Positions 8,730 to 18,113 of a stretch of DNA of 64,000 nucleotides are shown here, one piece after another. Both the position numbers and the translations under genes were made by a program. This DNA is from an uncultured Candidatus Rokubacteria bacterium (GTDB lineage: Bacteria > Methylomirabilota > Methylomirabilia > Rokubacteriales > CSP1-6). The notes below the pieces were generated by a model. The model was not told the origin of the DNA. It saw only the letters and a list, made by a program, of their open reading frames with translations, and made no database searches. The stretch is from NCBI GenBank assembly GCA_963771355.1, contig CAVYTA010000002.1, positions 32,001 to 96,000 of the forward strand, given 5' to 3'. Position 1 is the stretch's first letter. Every line of letters starts with the position of its first letter.

Positions 8730-9740
8730 ATGGCGGCCGCTGCCGTGCGCGAGTGCGCGAACATTCTCGGCCTGAGCCACGTGGAGCTGCTGGTCGGGGA
8801 CCTCGATCGCTCGCGCGCCTTCTACGTGGACCTGCTCGGCTTCACCGAGGCCGACCGCGACGCCGAGCACCTCTACCTCCGCTGCGTGGAGGACCGCCAG
8901 CATCACTCGCTCGTCCTGCGGCGGGCGCCGCGGGCGGGCCTCGGCCACCTCGCCTACAAGGTGGCCGACGACGGCTCGCTCGACTTGCTGGCGCGCCGCT
9001 TCCAGGGCCTCGGCCTCCCCACACGCTGGCTGGCCCCCGGCGAGGAGCGCGCCCTGGGCCGCGCGCTCCGCATGCAGGACCCGCTGGGGTTCCCGGTGGA
9101 GTACCACGCGGCGATGGACGCGGCCCCGTGGCTGCTCCAGGCCTATCACCGGCACCGCGGCGCCGCGCCGGTGCGGGTCGACCACGTCAACGTGCTGGTG
9201 CCGGACGCCCGGGCGGGGCATGAGTGGTACACGCAGGAGCTGGGCTTTCGCTGCTCGGAGTACACCGAGTCCGATCCGCCGGAATCGCGCATCTGGGCGA
9301 GCTGGCTCTTCCGCAAGCCCACCGTCCACGACATCGCCATCATGACCGGGCCCGGCCCCGCCGCGCACCACGTGGGCGTGACGGTGAAGGATGAGATGGC
9401 GGTGATCCGCGTGTGCGACATGCTCGCCAGTGCCGGCTTCCGGGACGCGCTGGAGCGCGGACCGGCCCGGCACGGGATCTCCAACGCCTTCTTCGAGTAC
9501 GTGCGCGACCCGGACGGCAATCGCGTCGAGTTCTACACCAGCGACTACCTCACCGCCGATCCCGGCTTCGAGCCGATTCGCTGGAGCCTCGACGACCCGC
9601 GCCGCCAGACGCTGTGGGGCCCGCCGCCGCCGCGCCGCTGGTTCGAGGAGTTCATGCCGGTGGAGTCCATCGTGGACGGGCAGCTGCAGGCGACCGCGGC
9701 CCCCGCCATGCGGGCCATTCCCACCTACGTCACCGACTGA
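8730..9740 (+). CDS. hpaD: VOC-family extradiol dioxygenase, 3,4-dihydroxyphenylacetate 2,3-dioxygenase-like
   Basis: LSHVELLVGDLDRSRAFYVDLLG, DHVNV, RKPTVHDIA, HHVG, ERGPARHGISNAFFEYVRDPDGNRVEFYTSDY, PIRWSLDDPRRQTLWG. Confidence 0.85.
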   Translation: MAAAAVRECANILGLSHVELLVGDLDRSRAFYVDLLGFTEADRDAEHLYLRCVEDRQHHSLVLRRAPRAGLGHLAYKVADDGSLDLLARRFQGLGLPTRWLAPGEERALGRALRMQDPLGFPVEYHAAMDAAPWLLQAYHRHRGAAPVRVDHVNVLVPDARAGHEWYTQELGFRCSEYTESDPPESRIWASWLFRKPTVHDIAIMTGPGPAAHHVGVTVKDEMAVIRVCDMLASAGFRDALERGPARHGISNAFFEYVRDPDGNRVEFYTSDYLTADPGFEPIRWSLDDPRRQTLWGPPPPRRWFEEFMPVESIVDGQLQATAAPAMRAIPTYVTD

Positions 9741-9752
9741 GGCGGGCGGCGA

Positions 9753-10592
9753 CTAGGCCAGCTCGTTCCAGGCCACCATGCCGGCACCGGACCGCCACGC
9801 GATGGCCGGCATGTAGGCCAGGATGTCGGCGGGCCCGCGCGTGAAGGCCAGCACCAGGATCCACGCGAGGAGCTCCGCGGTGCCGCCCGAGCCCGCGGCC
9901 TCCATGCGCTCGAGCGTGCACTCGCGCAGGATGGCCGCGTGGTCCCCGTGGTGGAGGAGATCGAGGAACCAGCGGTCGAACTCCTCGTCCACCCAGAAGT
10001 AGCGCGGCCCACCGGGCTCGTGCGAGAGCCCGCCGGTGGCGACCACCGCCACGCGCTCGGATCCCTCATACGCGCGGATGACGTCGCGGAGAATCTCCCC
10101 CACCGCGTAGGCCCGCTCCGGCCGGGGAATGGGCGGCACCGTGCAGTTCATGGTCACCGGGATGAGCCGGAACTTCCCATCGGGGTTGAGATAGTGCGTG
10201 GGGACCGAGATCCCGTCGTCGAACTGCATGTCGCGCAGATGGGCGAGCGCCAGCCCGCGCCGCGCGCTCTCGTTCACGATGAATCGGGCCAGCGGCGAGT
10301 AGCCGGGCACGTGGTACTTCTCCATGGCCAGCCACTCGTCGAACCAGTCCGCCGGCCCCACGTGCTCGTCCCCGACCCCCACCGTGTACTCCGGGGTGTT
10401 GTTCATGGGCCAGTTGAGGAGGTGATCGTTGCTGAACATGATCACCACATCCGGCCGCGCGGCCACGAGGCGCTGTCGCAGCGCGGCCGTCGCGCGCAGC
10501 GTGAGCTCCTGGTGGTCCTTGGGCGCCTGCGTGAACCAGCCGGTCATGCCGGGGGCGTGCGTCATGGCCATGGCGGCGACGATCTGGGCCAT
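9753..10592 (-). CDS. Extradiol ring-cleavage dioxygenase class III, catalytic (LigB-like) subunit
   Basis: THAPG, RPDVVIMFSNDH, ATGGLSHEPGG, EEFDRWFL, GTAELLAW. Confidence 0.88.
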   Translation of the reverse strand: MAQIVAAMAMTHAPGMTGWFTQAPKDHQELTLRATAALRQRLVAARPDVVIMFSNDHLLNWPMNNTPEYTVGVGDEHVGPADWFDEWLAMEKYHVPGYSPLARFIVNESARRGLALAHLRDMQFDDGISVPTHYLNPDGKFRLIPVTMNCTVPPIPRPERAYAVGEILRDVIRAYEGSERVAVVATGGLSHEPGGPRYFWVDEEFDRWFLDLLHHGDHAAILRECTLERMEAAGSGGTAELLAWILVLAFTRGPADILAYMPAIAWRSGAGMVAWNELA

Positions 10593-10936
10593 CAGCGCGT
10601 CCCCTCGAGGCGCGCCTTGAGCGCGAGGGCCTTGGCGGTCTCCTCGGGATAGGCGCGCTGATAGCGCTCGAGCGCGGCGCTCGAGTTGCTATTGTTCGCG
10701 GTGCCGAAGAAGAGGCGCAAGATCTGAGGCACGTAGTACTGGTGCACCCCCAGATCCATCATGCGGCGCGGGTCCAGGTCGCGGATGGCCTCGTACTCGG
10801 CCGGGCTGAGGCCGAACTCGCGCGCCACCCCGTCCAGATCGCTGACGAAGCGCGCGCGCAGGGTGGCGTCCTTTCGAATGTGGTACATCATCTCGTTCGT
10901 CGGCAGGGTCTTGTCGCAGCGCTCGACGTTTCCCAT
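10592..10936 (-). CDS. LigA-like small subunit of the ring-cleavage dioxygenase
   Basis: RARFVSDLDGVAREFGLSPAEYEAIRDLD...LGVHQY pattern. Stop overlaps the LigB-like start. Confidence 0.75.
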   Translation of the reverse strand: MGNVERCDKTLPTNEMMYHIRKDATLRARFVSDLDGVAREFGLSPAEYEAIRDLDPRRMMDLGVHQYYVPQILRLFFGTANNSNSSAALERYQRAYPEETAKALALKARLEGTR

Positions 10937-10951
10937 GACGTGTCCTCCGCC

Positions 10952-11908
10952 TTACTTCAGGTGCTTGTGGAGCCAGCGCACGATGCGCTCGCGCTCGGGC
11001 CCGGACTCCTCGACCCGCTCGGGAATTTTCAGGAACTCGTGGTCGGCACCCTCCACCACCGAGAGCGTGGTGGGCACGTCCACCAGGGTCAGGGCATTGG
11101 TCATGGCCAGCGAGTGGCTCAGGAAGGCGTCCTCGTCCCCGCACGAGATGTAGGTGGGCGGCATCTTCGCGAGATGCGGATTGTGAATGGGGCTCACCAG
11201 CGGATGGCGCATCCGGTCGGTGAAGTTGGTGCCGAGATAGGACACGACGAAGAGCTCGGCGATACCGGCATAGTAGTGCGGCTCGAAGATCCACCGCGGG
11301 ACGTCCAGCACCCCGAAGTGGAGCACCGCGGCGCGGAAGCGCACGGGCACGCCGGCCAGGTCCCCACCCTCGAGCCCCTCCTCGGAGCCATGGAGCGCCA
11401 GCGTGGTGCACGCGCTGAGATTGCCGCCCGCCGAGCCGCCCCCCACCGCCAGGCGATTCGGGTCGCCCCCGTACTTCGCGATATTGCGGACGATCCAGCG
11501 CGCGGCGTAGATGCAGTCCTGGAGCCCCGCGGGAAAGGGATGCTCGGGCGCGAGGCGATAGTTCAGGTTGACCACCACGAAGCCCGCCGCGCAGAGCTGC
11601 ATGGCGAACTTCCGCTCGCCCTTGGCGCTGCCGGTGAACCAGCCGCCCCCGTGGATGTGCAGCAGCACGGGAAACGGACCCGTTCCCTTGGGCGTGTAGA
11701 TCTCGGCGTTGGGATAGCCGCCCCCCGCCTCACGCAGGACGACGTCGTGGCTCTTCCCGATCTCGGGCAGATCCACGTTGAGATCCTCGAACAGCTTGGC
11801 GCCCGCCGGGCGCCGGGAGACCAGATCCTGCACCGACGTGGCGCGCGTGTACTCGACGGGCTTCCCGGCAATCTTGGAGCGCCAGTTCCCCATGTTTGGA
11901 TGCGGCAT
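10952..11908 (-). CDS. Alpha/beta hydrolase, HSL/family IV esterase-like
   Basis: HGGGW oxyanion motif, NYRLAPEHPFPAGLQDC, GGSAGGN nucleophile elbow, C-terminal GADHEF. Confidence 0.9.
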   Translation of the reverse strand: MPHPNMGNWRSKIAGKPVEYTRATSVQDLVSRRPAGAKLFEDLNVDLPEIGKSHDVVLREAGGGYPNAEIYTPKGTGPFPVLLHIHGGGWFTGSAKGERKFAMQLCAAGFVVVNLNYRLAPEHPFPAGLQDCIYAARWIVRNIAKYGGDPNRLAVGGGSAGGNLSACTTLALHGSEEGLEGGDLAGVPVRFRAAVLHFGVLDVPRWIFEPHYYAGIAELFVVSYLGTNFTDRMRHPLVSPIHNPHLAKMPPTYISCGDEDAFLSHSLAMTNALTLVDVPTTLSVVEGADHEFLKIPERVEESGPERERIVRWLHKHLK

Positions 11909-11939
11909 CAGAAGTCCTCGTGGTCGCGGTGCGACGGGT

Positions 11940-13415
11940 TCACGACGGTTTCCGGCGATAGTCGGACATCGTGGCGGGCGCCAGCCCGGCCAGCGCCACG
12001 TCCAGGCGTGACGGCGCGCGTCCCTCGCGCTCGGCGATCTCCTTGCGGGCCACGCCGGCGCGGACCACGTGGCCGCCGAGGAAGCGCAGCGGCTCGGGCG
12101 GGAAGCGACCGCTCCGCGCGCGCTCGAAGCACTCGCTCAGGGCCGCCCACTCGTCCCGGCGGCCCAGCACGGAAGAGGCGAGGATGCGGCCGCCCAGCGC
12201 GCTGGCCCCCACGCCGTGGCCCGAGTAGCCGATCGCGTAGTGGATGCGGTCGCTCGACGACAGCGTGCTGAACCAGGGCAATCCGGTGGTCGAGCGGTCG
12301 ATGGGCCCCGCCCAGCTCCGGGTGATGGGAACGTCGCGCAGCTCGGGATAGAGAAATCGGAAGTCGCGCTCGACTTCTCGCGACTGCGTCGGGGACCAGT
12401 CGAAGGCCGGCCGCATGCGGCCCGCGAAGGCGATGGTGCCGCCGCCCCGGCCCAGGTACACCTGGCCCTTGGGCGTGATGCCGCCGTAGTTGACCATCAG
12501 GCGCGAGTTGAAGCCCCCCGGCCGCCGGCGCAACCCGAGGTGCTCCAGCAGCTCCGGAATGGGATCCGTGGCCACGATCTCGCTCGACACCACCATCACC
12601 GAGGGCCGGAACTCGGAGAGGTGTGCCATCCACGCATTGGCCGCCATGACGACCTTGTCGGCGGTGATGGTGCCCGCCGCGGTCTGGACCTCGAGCCCCT
12701 GGGGCCCCGGCGCGATGCGGCTGACGGGCGAGCGCTCGTACACCTCCGCGCCCAGGGCGAGCGCCGTCTGGCGCAGGCCCCGCGCGAAGAGCGCCGGCTG
12801 CACCCGCGACGCGCGCTCGTCGATCACCCCCGCCAGATAGGGGCCCTTCTGCCCGAACAGCTCACCCAGCTCTTCCGCGCCGAGCCGTCGCCACGGCGGC
12901 GCGAGGCCCACCTCGTCGGCGGCGCGGAACGCGGCCTCCCACGCGCCCACCTGGGCCGGAGCGGTCGCGCTCCATACCGAGCGGCCGCGGCGCCACTCGC
13001 ACGGCAGCTTGCGCTCGGTCACGATGGCTTCGATATCCTCCACCCCCTGGATGCTGGCCCGGAGCACGCGCAGCGCGTCCTCCTTGCCGAGCATCGTGAT
13101 CAGGGTGGGCAGCTTGCCCCACCAGGTGCCGATACCGCCGCTGCAGCGGCCGCTGGCCCCGGTGCCGCAGAGATCGGCCTCGACGACGGCGACCGTCACC
13201 CCGGGATCCAGCTCGCGCAGGCGGATCGCCGTCCACAGCCCGGTGAATCCGCCTCCGATGATGGCGACGTCGACCCAGCGCGCGCCCTGGAGAACGTGCG
13301 CCGGCTCGGTCGTCGCGTCGAAGGCCTCGTGCAGCCAGAGCGACCGGTGCTCCGGTCCCGCGGCGTTTGGCCGCCACGGCTGGAACGAGAGGCCGGTGAA
13401 CCCTCGCGTGGCCAT
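11940..13415 (-). CDS. FAD-dependent oxidoreductase, DAO/PuuB-like amine oxidase family
   Basis: DVAIIGGGFTGLWTA, GASGRCSG, VQPALFARGL, SWAGPID, GYSGHGVG. ATG 13415 follows the SBP stop. Confidence 0.88.
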   Translation of the reverse strand: MATRGFTGLSFQPWRPNAAGPEHRSLWLHEAFDATTEPAHVLQGARWVDVAIIGGGFTGLWTAIRLRELDPGVTVAVVEADLCGTGASGRCSGGIGTWWGKLPTLITMLGKEDALRVLRASIQGVEDIEAIVTERKLPCEWRRGRSVWSATAPAQVGAWEAAFRAADEVGLAPPWRRLGAEELGELFGQKGPYLAGVIDERASRVQPALFARGLRQTALALGAEVYERSPVSRIAPGPQGLEVQTAAGTITADKVVMAANAWMAHLSEFRPSVMVVSSEIVATDPIPELLEHLGLRRRPGGFNSRLMVNYGGITPKGQVYLGRGGGTIAFAGRMRPAFDWSPTQSREVERDFRFLYPELRDVPITRSWAGPIDRSTTGLPWFSTLSSSDRIHYAIGYSGHGVGASALGGRILASSVLGRRDEWAALSECFERARSGRFPPEPLRFLGGHVVRAGVARKEIAEREGRAPSRLDVALAGLAPATMSDYRRKPS

Positions 13416-13422
13416 GGGCCCG

Positions 13423-14502
13423 TTACTCGAGCGTCTTGCGCACGGTGTCCTCGAACTTGGCCCGCACCGCCATGTAGTCCGCCGGCGCGATGGGCACCAG
13501 CGCGTCGACCAGCGCCTGGAGCTTGGGCCAGTCGGGCGGCGTCTGGACCCCGGGCATGAGCGGATAGCTATAGCCCTTGGTGACGAGCGCCATCTGGGCC
13601 TCCGGGGTGACGAACCAGGCCTGGAAGAGCTGCGCCATCTTGGCATTGGGCGCGCCCTTGAGGATCGCGGTGCCGCCGTAGAGCGGGACCACCATGCCGG
13701 GGACGGCCCGGAAGCCCACCGGCGCGCCCGCTTCCTTCAGGCGCAGGTAGCGCGAGAACGAGCCCCACGGGATCATCCGCACCGAGCCCTGGGTGAGGTT
13801 CGCGTAGTAGGGCGTCACGCTCGGCACCGTGGTGGCATTGTCGCGCAAGGCCTTCATCATCGGCGGGTCGATCTTCCCGCTGTTGTAGAGCTCGATCCAG
13901 CACAAGGCGATCAGGGCGCCCGCGAGCGGGTTGTCCATGATCATGCCCTTGTGCTTCGGATCGGTGAGGTCCTTGATGCTCCGGGGCAGGTCGGCCTCGG
14001 TCATCTTCTGCGTGTTGTAGACGACGCCGAACACGTCCGCGAACTGGATGACGAAGCGCCCCTGCGGGTCCACGTAGCGCTGCGGCAGCGCGCCCAGGTT
14101 CGGCGGGCGGAAGGGCTGCGCCCGGTCCTTGGCCACGTTCGAGAGCAGCTCGGTCATGCCCGCCATGAGGATGTCCGCGCCGTACTGGCCGCTGGCGGCC
14201 TCGGCGTCGAGCTTGCTCACCAGGGCGGCCCCGGAGAGCGGGTTGGGGACCACCGCCATGCCGGGGAAGCGCGCGCTGAACACCTCCCACAGCGGCTTGA
14301 AGATGGCGGAGTAGCCGCCGTAGACCACCACCTCCGACTGCTTGGCCTCTTTCGCGGCCGCGTAGAGCTGCATCACCGCCCGGGCATTGGTGTCGCCGCC
14401 CGCCCACGACACATCCTGGGCGCCGGCCACCGAGCTGCTCAGACCGGCGGCGACGATCGCGACCGCGCTCACCGCCATCCGGAACACTTTCCGACTTCTC
14501 AT
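13423..14502 (-). CDS. ABC transporter substrate-binding protein (AfuA/polyamine/thiamine-like class)
   Basis: Signal peptide, LYAAAKE, GVVYNT, KGAPNAKMAQLFQAWFVTPEAQ. AAGGAG RBS upstream. Confidence 0.85.
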   Translation of the reverse strand: MRSRKVFRMAVSAVAIVAAGLSSSVAGAQDVSWAGGDTNARAVMQLYAAAKEAKQSEVVVYGGYSAIFKPLWEVFSARFPGMAVVPNPLSGAALVSKLDAEAASGQYGADILMAGMTELLSNVAKDRAQPFRPPNLGALPQRYVDPQGRFVIQFADVFGVVYNTQKMTEADLPRSIKDLTDPKHKGMIMDNPLAGALIALCWIELYNSGKIDPPMMKALRDNATTVPSVTPYYANLTQGSVRMIPWGSFSRYLRLKEAGAPVGFRAVPGMVVPLYGGTAILKGAPNAKMAQLFQAWFVTPEAQMALVTKGYSYPLMPGVQTPPDWPKLQALVDALVPIAPADYMAVRAKFEDTVRKTLE

Positions 14503-14524
14503 GTCCTTCTCCTTGGATAGGGGG

Positions 14525-16222
14525 TCATGCCGCTCGATAGGCACTGCGCAAGCGGAGCCTGGACACCAGGCCGACCAGCCCGCTGAGCGCGACGTACAGC
14601 AAGGCCACCCCGACGATGGCGACCAGCAGCAGCACCAGCAGCGCGCTCGCCTGGGTGGGAACTCCCGAGATGATGTGGGTGTAGACGAGCACGGCGACGT
14701 TCGGGCGCGTGGAGGGCAGGAGCATCAGCGGCACGTCCAGCGCCCCCGCGACGATCACCGCGGTGACGAGCCAGCCCGCCACAAAGCTCCGGCTCGTCAG
14801 CCGGAGCACGATGTCCACCAGCACGCGCGCCGAGGACGCGCCGCTCACCGCCGCCGCCTCCTCCAGCTCGCGCGCGATCTGGGCCAGCGCGCCCCGCACC
14901 GCGCGGCTCGCGATGGGCATGACCACGACCACCAGGCCGATCAGCGTCAGCCAGAAGGTCCCGTAGAGCCGGCGCAGGCCGGGGACCGACACGTAGGCCC
15001 ACATGAGCCCGATGGCCAGGACCACCCCCGGCATGACGATGGGGCTCAGAACGGCCGTCTCGAGATAGCGCTCCAGCCACTTCCCGGAGCGGCGGCCCAC
15101 GTGGCCCACCAGCATGGCCAGGCTCATCGCGATGAAGCCCCCCAGGATGGCCAGCTCCGCGGTGGTCCGGAAGGCGCCCAGCGTCTGGCGGTCGCCCAGC
15201 ACCGCCTGGAAATTCTTGAGCGTCATCCCCCAGATCCCGATGGTGGGCTGGAACGCGGTGAGCACGAGCTGGGTGACCGGCAAGACGAGGCTCACCAGGG
15301 CATAGACCACGATGGCGGCGGTGCCCAGCGCGCCCCACCGGCCGATGTCCCAGCGATCCTGCTTGAAACCCTTGCCGGTGACGGTGACGAACCGGCCCAG
15401 CTTCACCACGCGCCACTGGACGGCGAGGAGCAGGGCCAGCGCCGCCATCATGAACAGCGCCAGCGCGCTGGCGCGGGCGTAGTCCGGAGGGACGGAGAAG
15501 TTCACCGCCTTGAAGACCTCCGTCGAGAGCACCGAGATCTGCGGCAGGCCGCCCAGGATCTGGGGGATGTCGAAGGTGCCCAGCCCGAACACCGTCCCGA
15601 TGATCACCACGCCGAACAGCGCCGGGGTCATCAGGGGGATGTCGATGCGGAACACGGTGCCGAGCCGGCCCGCCCCCGCGATCAGCGAGGCTTCCTCGAA
15701 GCTCCGGTTCATGCTCTCGAAGGGGCCCAGCAGCAGGAGATAGCAGAAGCCGGTGAGCTTGAGCGACTGGACCACGATGAGGCCGGCCCACGAGTACGCG
15801 TTGAACGGGCTCCACGCGCCCCCGCTGAGGAAGCGCGTGGCCACGTTGAGGAGCCCGGCGCCGGGATCGGCGAGCAGCGCCCAGCTGATGGCGTAGAAGA
15901 GGTTGGGCGCGGCGAAGACCAGCAGCATCACCGGCGTGATGAGCCGGCGCAGCGCCACCGTGGTGCGCGTGGCGAGGAAGGCGAAGATCGCGCCCAGCAG
16001 GGTCGCCAGCGCGGTGGTGGTGACCGCGTAGATCACGGAGTTCTGGAGCGCGGCATAGGTGTGCCGGCTGCTGAAGGTGCGCGTGATGGTGTCGAGGGTC
16101 CAGTGTCCCGGCACGCCCGGCGGGGTGCTGCTGAAGATCCCGATGACGAGCATGGCGATGGGCCACACGAAGAGGAACCCCACCAGCAGCACCAGCGCGC
16201 CCATGGCGAGCCGGGCGCCCAT
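14525..16222 (-). CDS. ABC transporter permease, fused two-domain FbpB/ThiP type
   Basis: Two EAA loops (FEEASLIAGAG, LEEAAAVSGAS); FVTVTGKG linker. Confidence 0.9.
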   Translation of the reverse strand: MGARLAMGALVLLVGFLFVWPIAMLVIGIFSSTPPGVPGHWTLDTITRTFSSRHTYAALQNSVIYAVTTTALATLLGAIFAFLATRTTVALRRLITPVMLLVFAAPNLFYAISWALLADPGAGLLNVATRFLSGGAWSPFNAYSWAGLIVVQSLKLTGFCYLLLLGPFESMNRSFEEASLIAGAGRLGTVFRIDIPLMTPALFGVVIIGTVFGLGTFDIPQILGGLPQISVLSTEVFKAVNFSVPPDYARASALALFMMAALALLLAVQWRVVKLGRFVTVTGKGFKQDRWDIGRWGALGTAAIVVYALVSLVLPVTQLVLTAFQPTIGIWGMTLKNFQAVLGDRQTLGAFRTTAELAILGGFIAMSLAMLVGHVGRRSGKWLERYLETAVLSPIVMPGVVLAIGLMWAYVSVPGLRRLYGTFWLTLIGLVVVVMPIASRAVRGALAQIARELEEAAAVSGASSARVLVDIVLRLTSRSFVAGWLVTAVIVAGALDVPLMLLPSTRPNVAVLVYTHIISGVPTQASALLVLLLVAIVGVALLYVALSGLVGLVSRLRLRSAYRAA

Positions 16223-17325
16223 CAGGCGGCCAGCACCACGATCTGATCGGGCGCCACGAAGAGCTCCACCGCGGACCCGACCTCGAGCCGTCCGGCGGCC
16301 CCGCCCGCCGCGCGCTCGTCCAGTCGCGCCACCAGCCGGGTGCCGTAGGCGTCGAGCACGTACTCGGTGAGGTCGCCCACGTACATCGCGTCCACCACGT
16401 GGGCCTTGAGCGATGACGTCTCGGGCGCCGCGTCGCCGCGGAAGCTGCCGCCGCGGATGGCCAGGGTGACCCGCGCGCCGACGGGAAAGCGCCGGGCGCG
16501 ATCCGGGACGCCGCCGGTGAGCCCGGTGGGCCAGCCCTTCGGCCGCACCGAGAGCGCGGCCTCCGAGCTCTGCGTCACCTCGGCCTCGAGGAAGTTGTCG
16601 TAGCCGACGAACTCCGCCACCCACCGGTTCGCCGGGGCGCCGAAGATCTCCCGCGGCGTCCCGATCTGCTCGAGGCGGCCCCGGTTCATCACCACCACGC
16701 GGTCGGACAGGGTGGCGGCCTCGAGCTGGTCGTGGGTCACGTAGACCGAGGTGGTCCGGATCTCCCGGTGGATGCGGCGCAGCTCCCGTCGCATGTAGGC
16801 GCGCAGCGACGAGTCCAGATTGGACAGCGGCTCGTCCAGGAGGAGCACGCGGGGCTTGCTGACCAGGGCGCGCGCCAGCGCCACCCGCTGCTGCTGCCCG
16901 CCCGACAGATCCGAGGTGGCGCGCTCGTGCAGCTCGTCGAGCCCTACCAGCCGGAGGGCGTCCCGCACGCGGCCGCGGATCTCGGCCCGCGGGACGCCCC
17001 GGACCTTGAGGGGGTACGCGACGTTGCCATAAACGCGCATGTGGGGCCAGAGGGCGTAGCTCTGGAAGACCATGCCCAGCCCGCGCTTGTTGGGGGGGAC
17101 GGACAGGCCCTTTTCCCCGTGGGCCATCACTGCGCCGCCGATGGTGATCCGGCCCTCGTCCGGGGACTCGAGCCCCGCGATGCAGCGGAGCGTGGTGGTC
17201 TTGCCACAGCCGGAGGGGCCCAGCAGGGACAGGAATTCTCCTTCGTGAACGACCAGATCGATCCCATCGACCGCGGTGATCCCGCCGTAGCGTCTCGTCA
17301 GGCGGCTGATGGTGATCTCACTCAT
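16222..17325 (-). CDS. ABC transporter ATP-binding protein, PotA/FbpC type with TOBE domain
   Basis: GPSGCGKTT, LSGGQQQRVALARA, LLLDEPLSNLD, YVTHDQ. Confidence 0.95.
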   Translation of the reverse strand: MSEITISRLTRRYGGITAVDGIDLVVHEGEFLSLLGPSGCGKTTTLRCIAGLESPDEGRITIGGAVMAHGEKGLSVPPNKRGLGMVFQSYALWPHMRVYGNVAYPLKVRGVPRAEIRGRVRDALRLVGLDELHERATSDLSGGQQQRVALARALVSKPRVLLLDEPLSNLDSSLRAYMRRELRRIHREIRTTSVYVTHDQLEAATLSDRVVVMNRGRLEQIGTPREIFGAPANRWVAEFVGYDNFLEAEVTQSSEAALSVRPKGWPTGLTGGVPDRARRFPVGARVTLAIRGGSFRGDAAPETSSLKAHVVDAMYVGDLTEYVLDAYGTRLVARLDERAAGGAAGRLEVGSAVELFVAPDQIVVLAA

Positions 17326-17379
17326 GGCTGGCTCGGCGATCTAACTGAGCACTATCGCCCCGGCCCCCGGCCGCGGGCT

Positions 17380-17393
17380 GTATCAATCTATAC
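17380..17393. promoter_or_regulatory. Crp/NtcA-type binding site GTATCAATCTATAC upstream of the ABC/dioxygenase operon
   Basis: GTA-N8-TAC (GTAT-N6-ATAC). On the minus strand it lies 23 nt upstream of GATAGT (17356-17351). Confidence 0.68.
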
Positions 17394-17452
17394 CGGCCGC
17401 CCATGGGCTATCCCGGCCGCCCATGGGCTATCCCGGCGCGCATGGGCTCTCC
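17393..17452. repeat. Intergenic 20-bp tandem repeat, about 3 copies
   Basis: ccggccgcccatgggctatc twice exactly, then a degenerate ccggcgcgcatgggctctcc. Confidence 0.85.
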
Positions 17453-17469
17453 GGCGGGAGCGGGACGGC

Positions 17470-18111
17470 CTAGCGGGCGTCGAGGGCCAGGGGGTCCAGG
17501 ACGCGGATGCGCCCCCCCTCGTTCTCGATCACGCCGGCGAGCGAGAGCCGCTTGAGCGCGCGGGTCACGGTGACGCGCGTGGTCCCGGTGAGGCCGGCGA
17601 TCTCCTCGTGGGTGAGCTCGACCTCGGTATAGATCTCCCCCAGCCGGCGCAGCAGCTCGGCGATCCGCACCTCCGCGGAGGACAGCGCGGAATAGGCCAG
17701 CCGCACGGTGGCGATGCGCTGCTTGACCGAGATGAGCCGCAGCAGCGAGAAGGCCAGCTCCGGGGTCTCGCGAATGGCGTCCTCGATCTTCTCGGCGTTG
17801 AAGCGGACCAGGGTCGCGTCCTCGAGCACGGTGGCCATCGAGAAGCGCGGCAGCCCATCGAAGGCGGCCGCCTCGCCGCACAGCGCACCCTTGCCCATGA
17901 ACTCCATGACCAGCTCCGTCCCGTCCGGGCGCAGCACGGACACCTTCAGCTTGCCGGACAGCACGAAGTAGAAGTAGGGGCTCACCTCGCCCTGCTCGTA
18001 TACCGTGCGCCCCGCCTGGAGGCTGATCCGGTCCCCGGGTGGCCCCGACTCGAGCCAGAGCCGGACGGTGTCCTCGGCCACCCGCCAGGTTTCTATGGGA
18101 TGACGCCGCAT
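17470..18111 (-). CDS. Crp/Fnr family transcriptional regulator
   Basis: cNMP-like domain (VYEQGE, YFVLSGKLKV, GALCGE, PRFSMAT) and HTH LTHEEIAGLTGTTRVTVTRALKRL. Confidence 0.92.
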   Translation of the reverse strand: MRRHPIETWRVAEDTVRLWLESGPPGDRISLQAGRTVYEQGEVSPYFYFVLSGKLKVSVLRPDGTELVMEFMGKGALCGEAAAFDGLPRFSMATVLEDATLVRFNAEKIEDAIRETPELAFSLLRLISVKQRIATVRLAYSALSSAEVRIAELLRRLGEIYTEVELTHEEIAGLTGTTRVTVTRALKRLSLAGVIENEGGRIRVLDPLALDAR

Positions 18112-18113
18112 GG

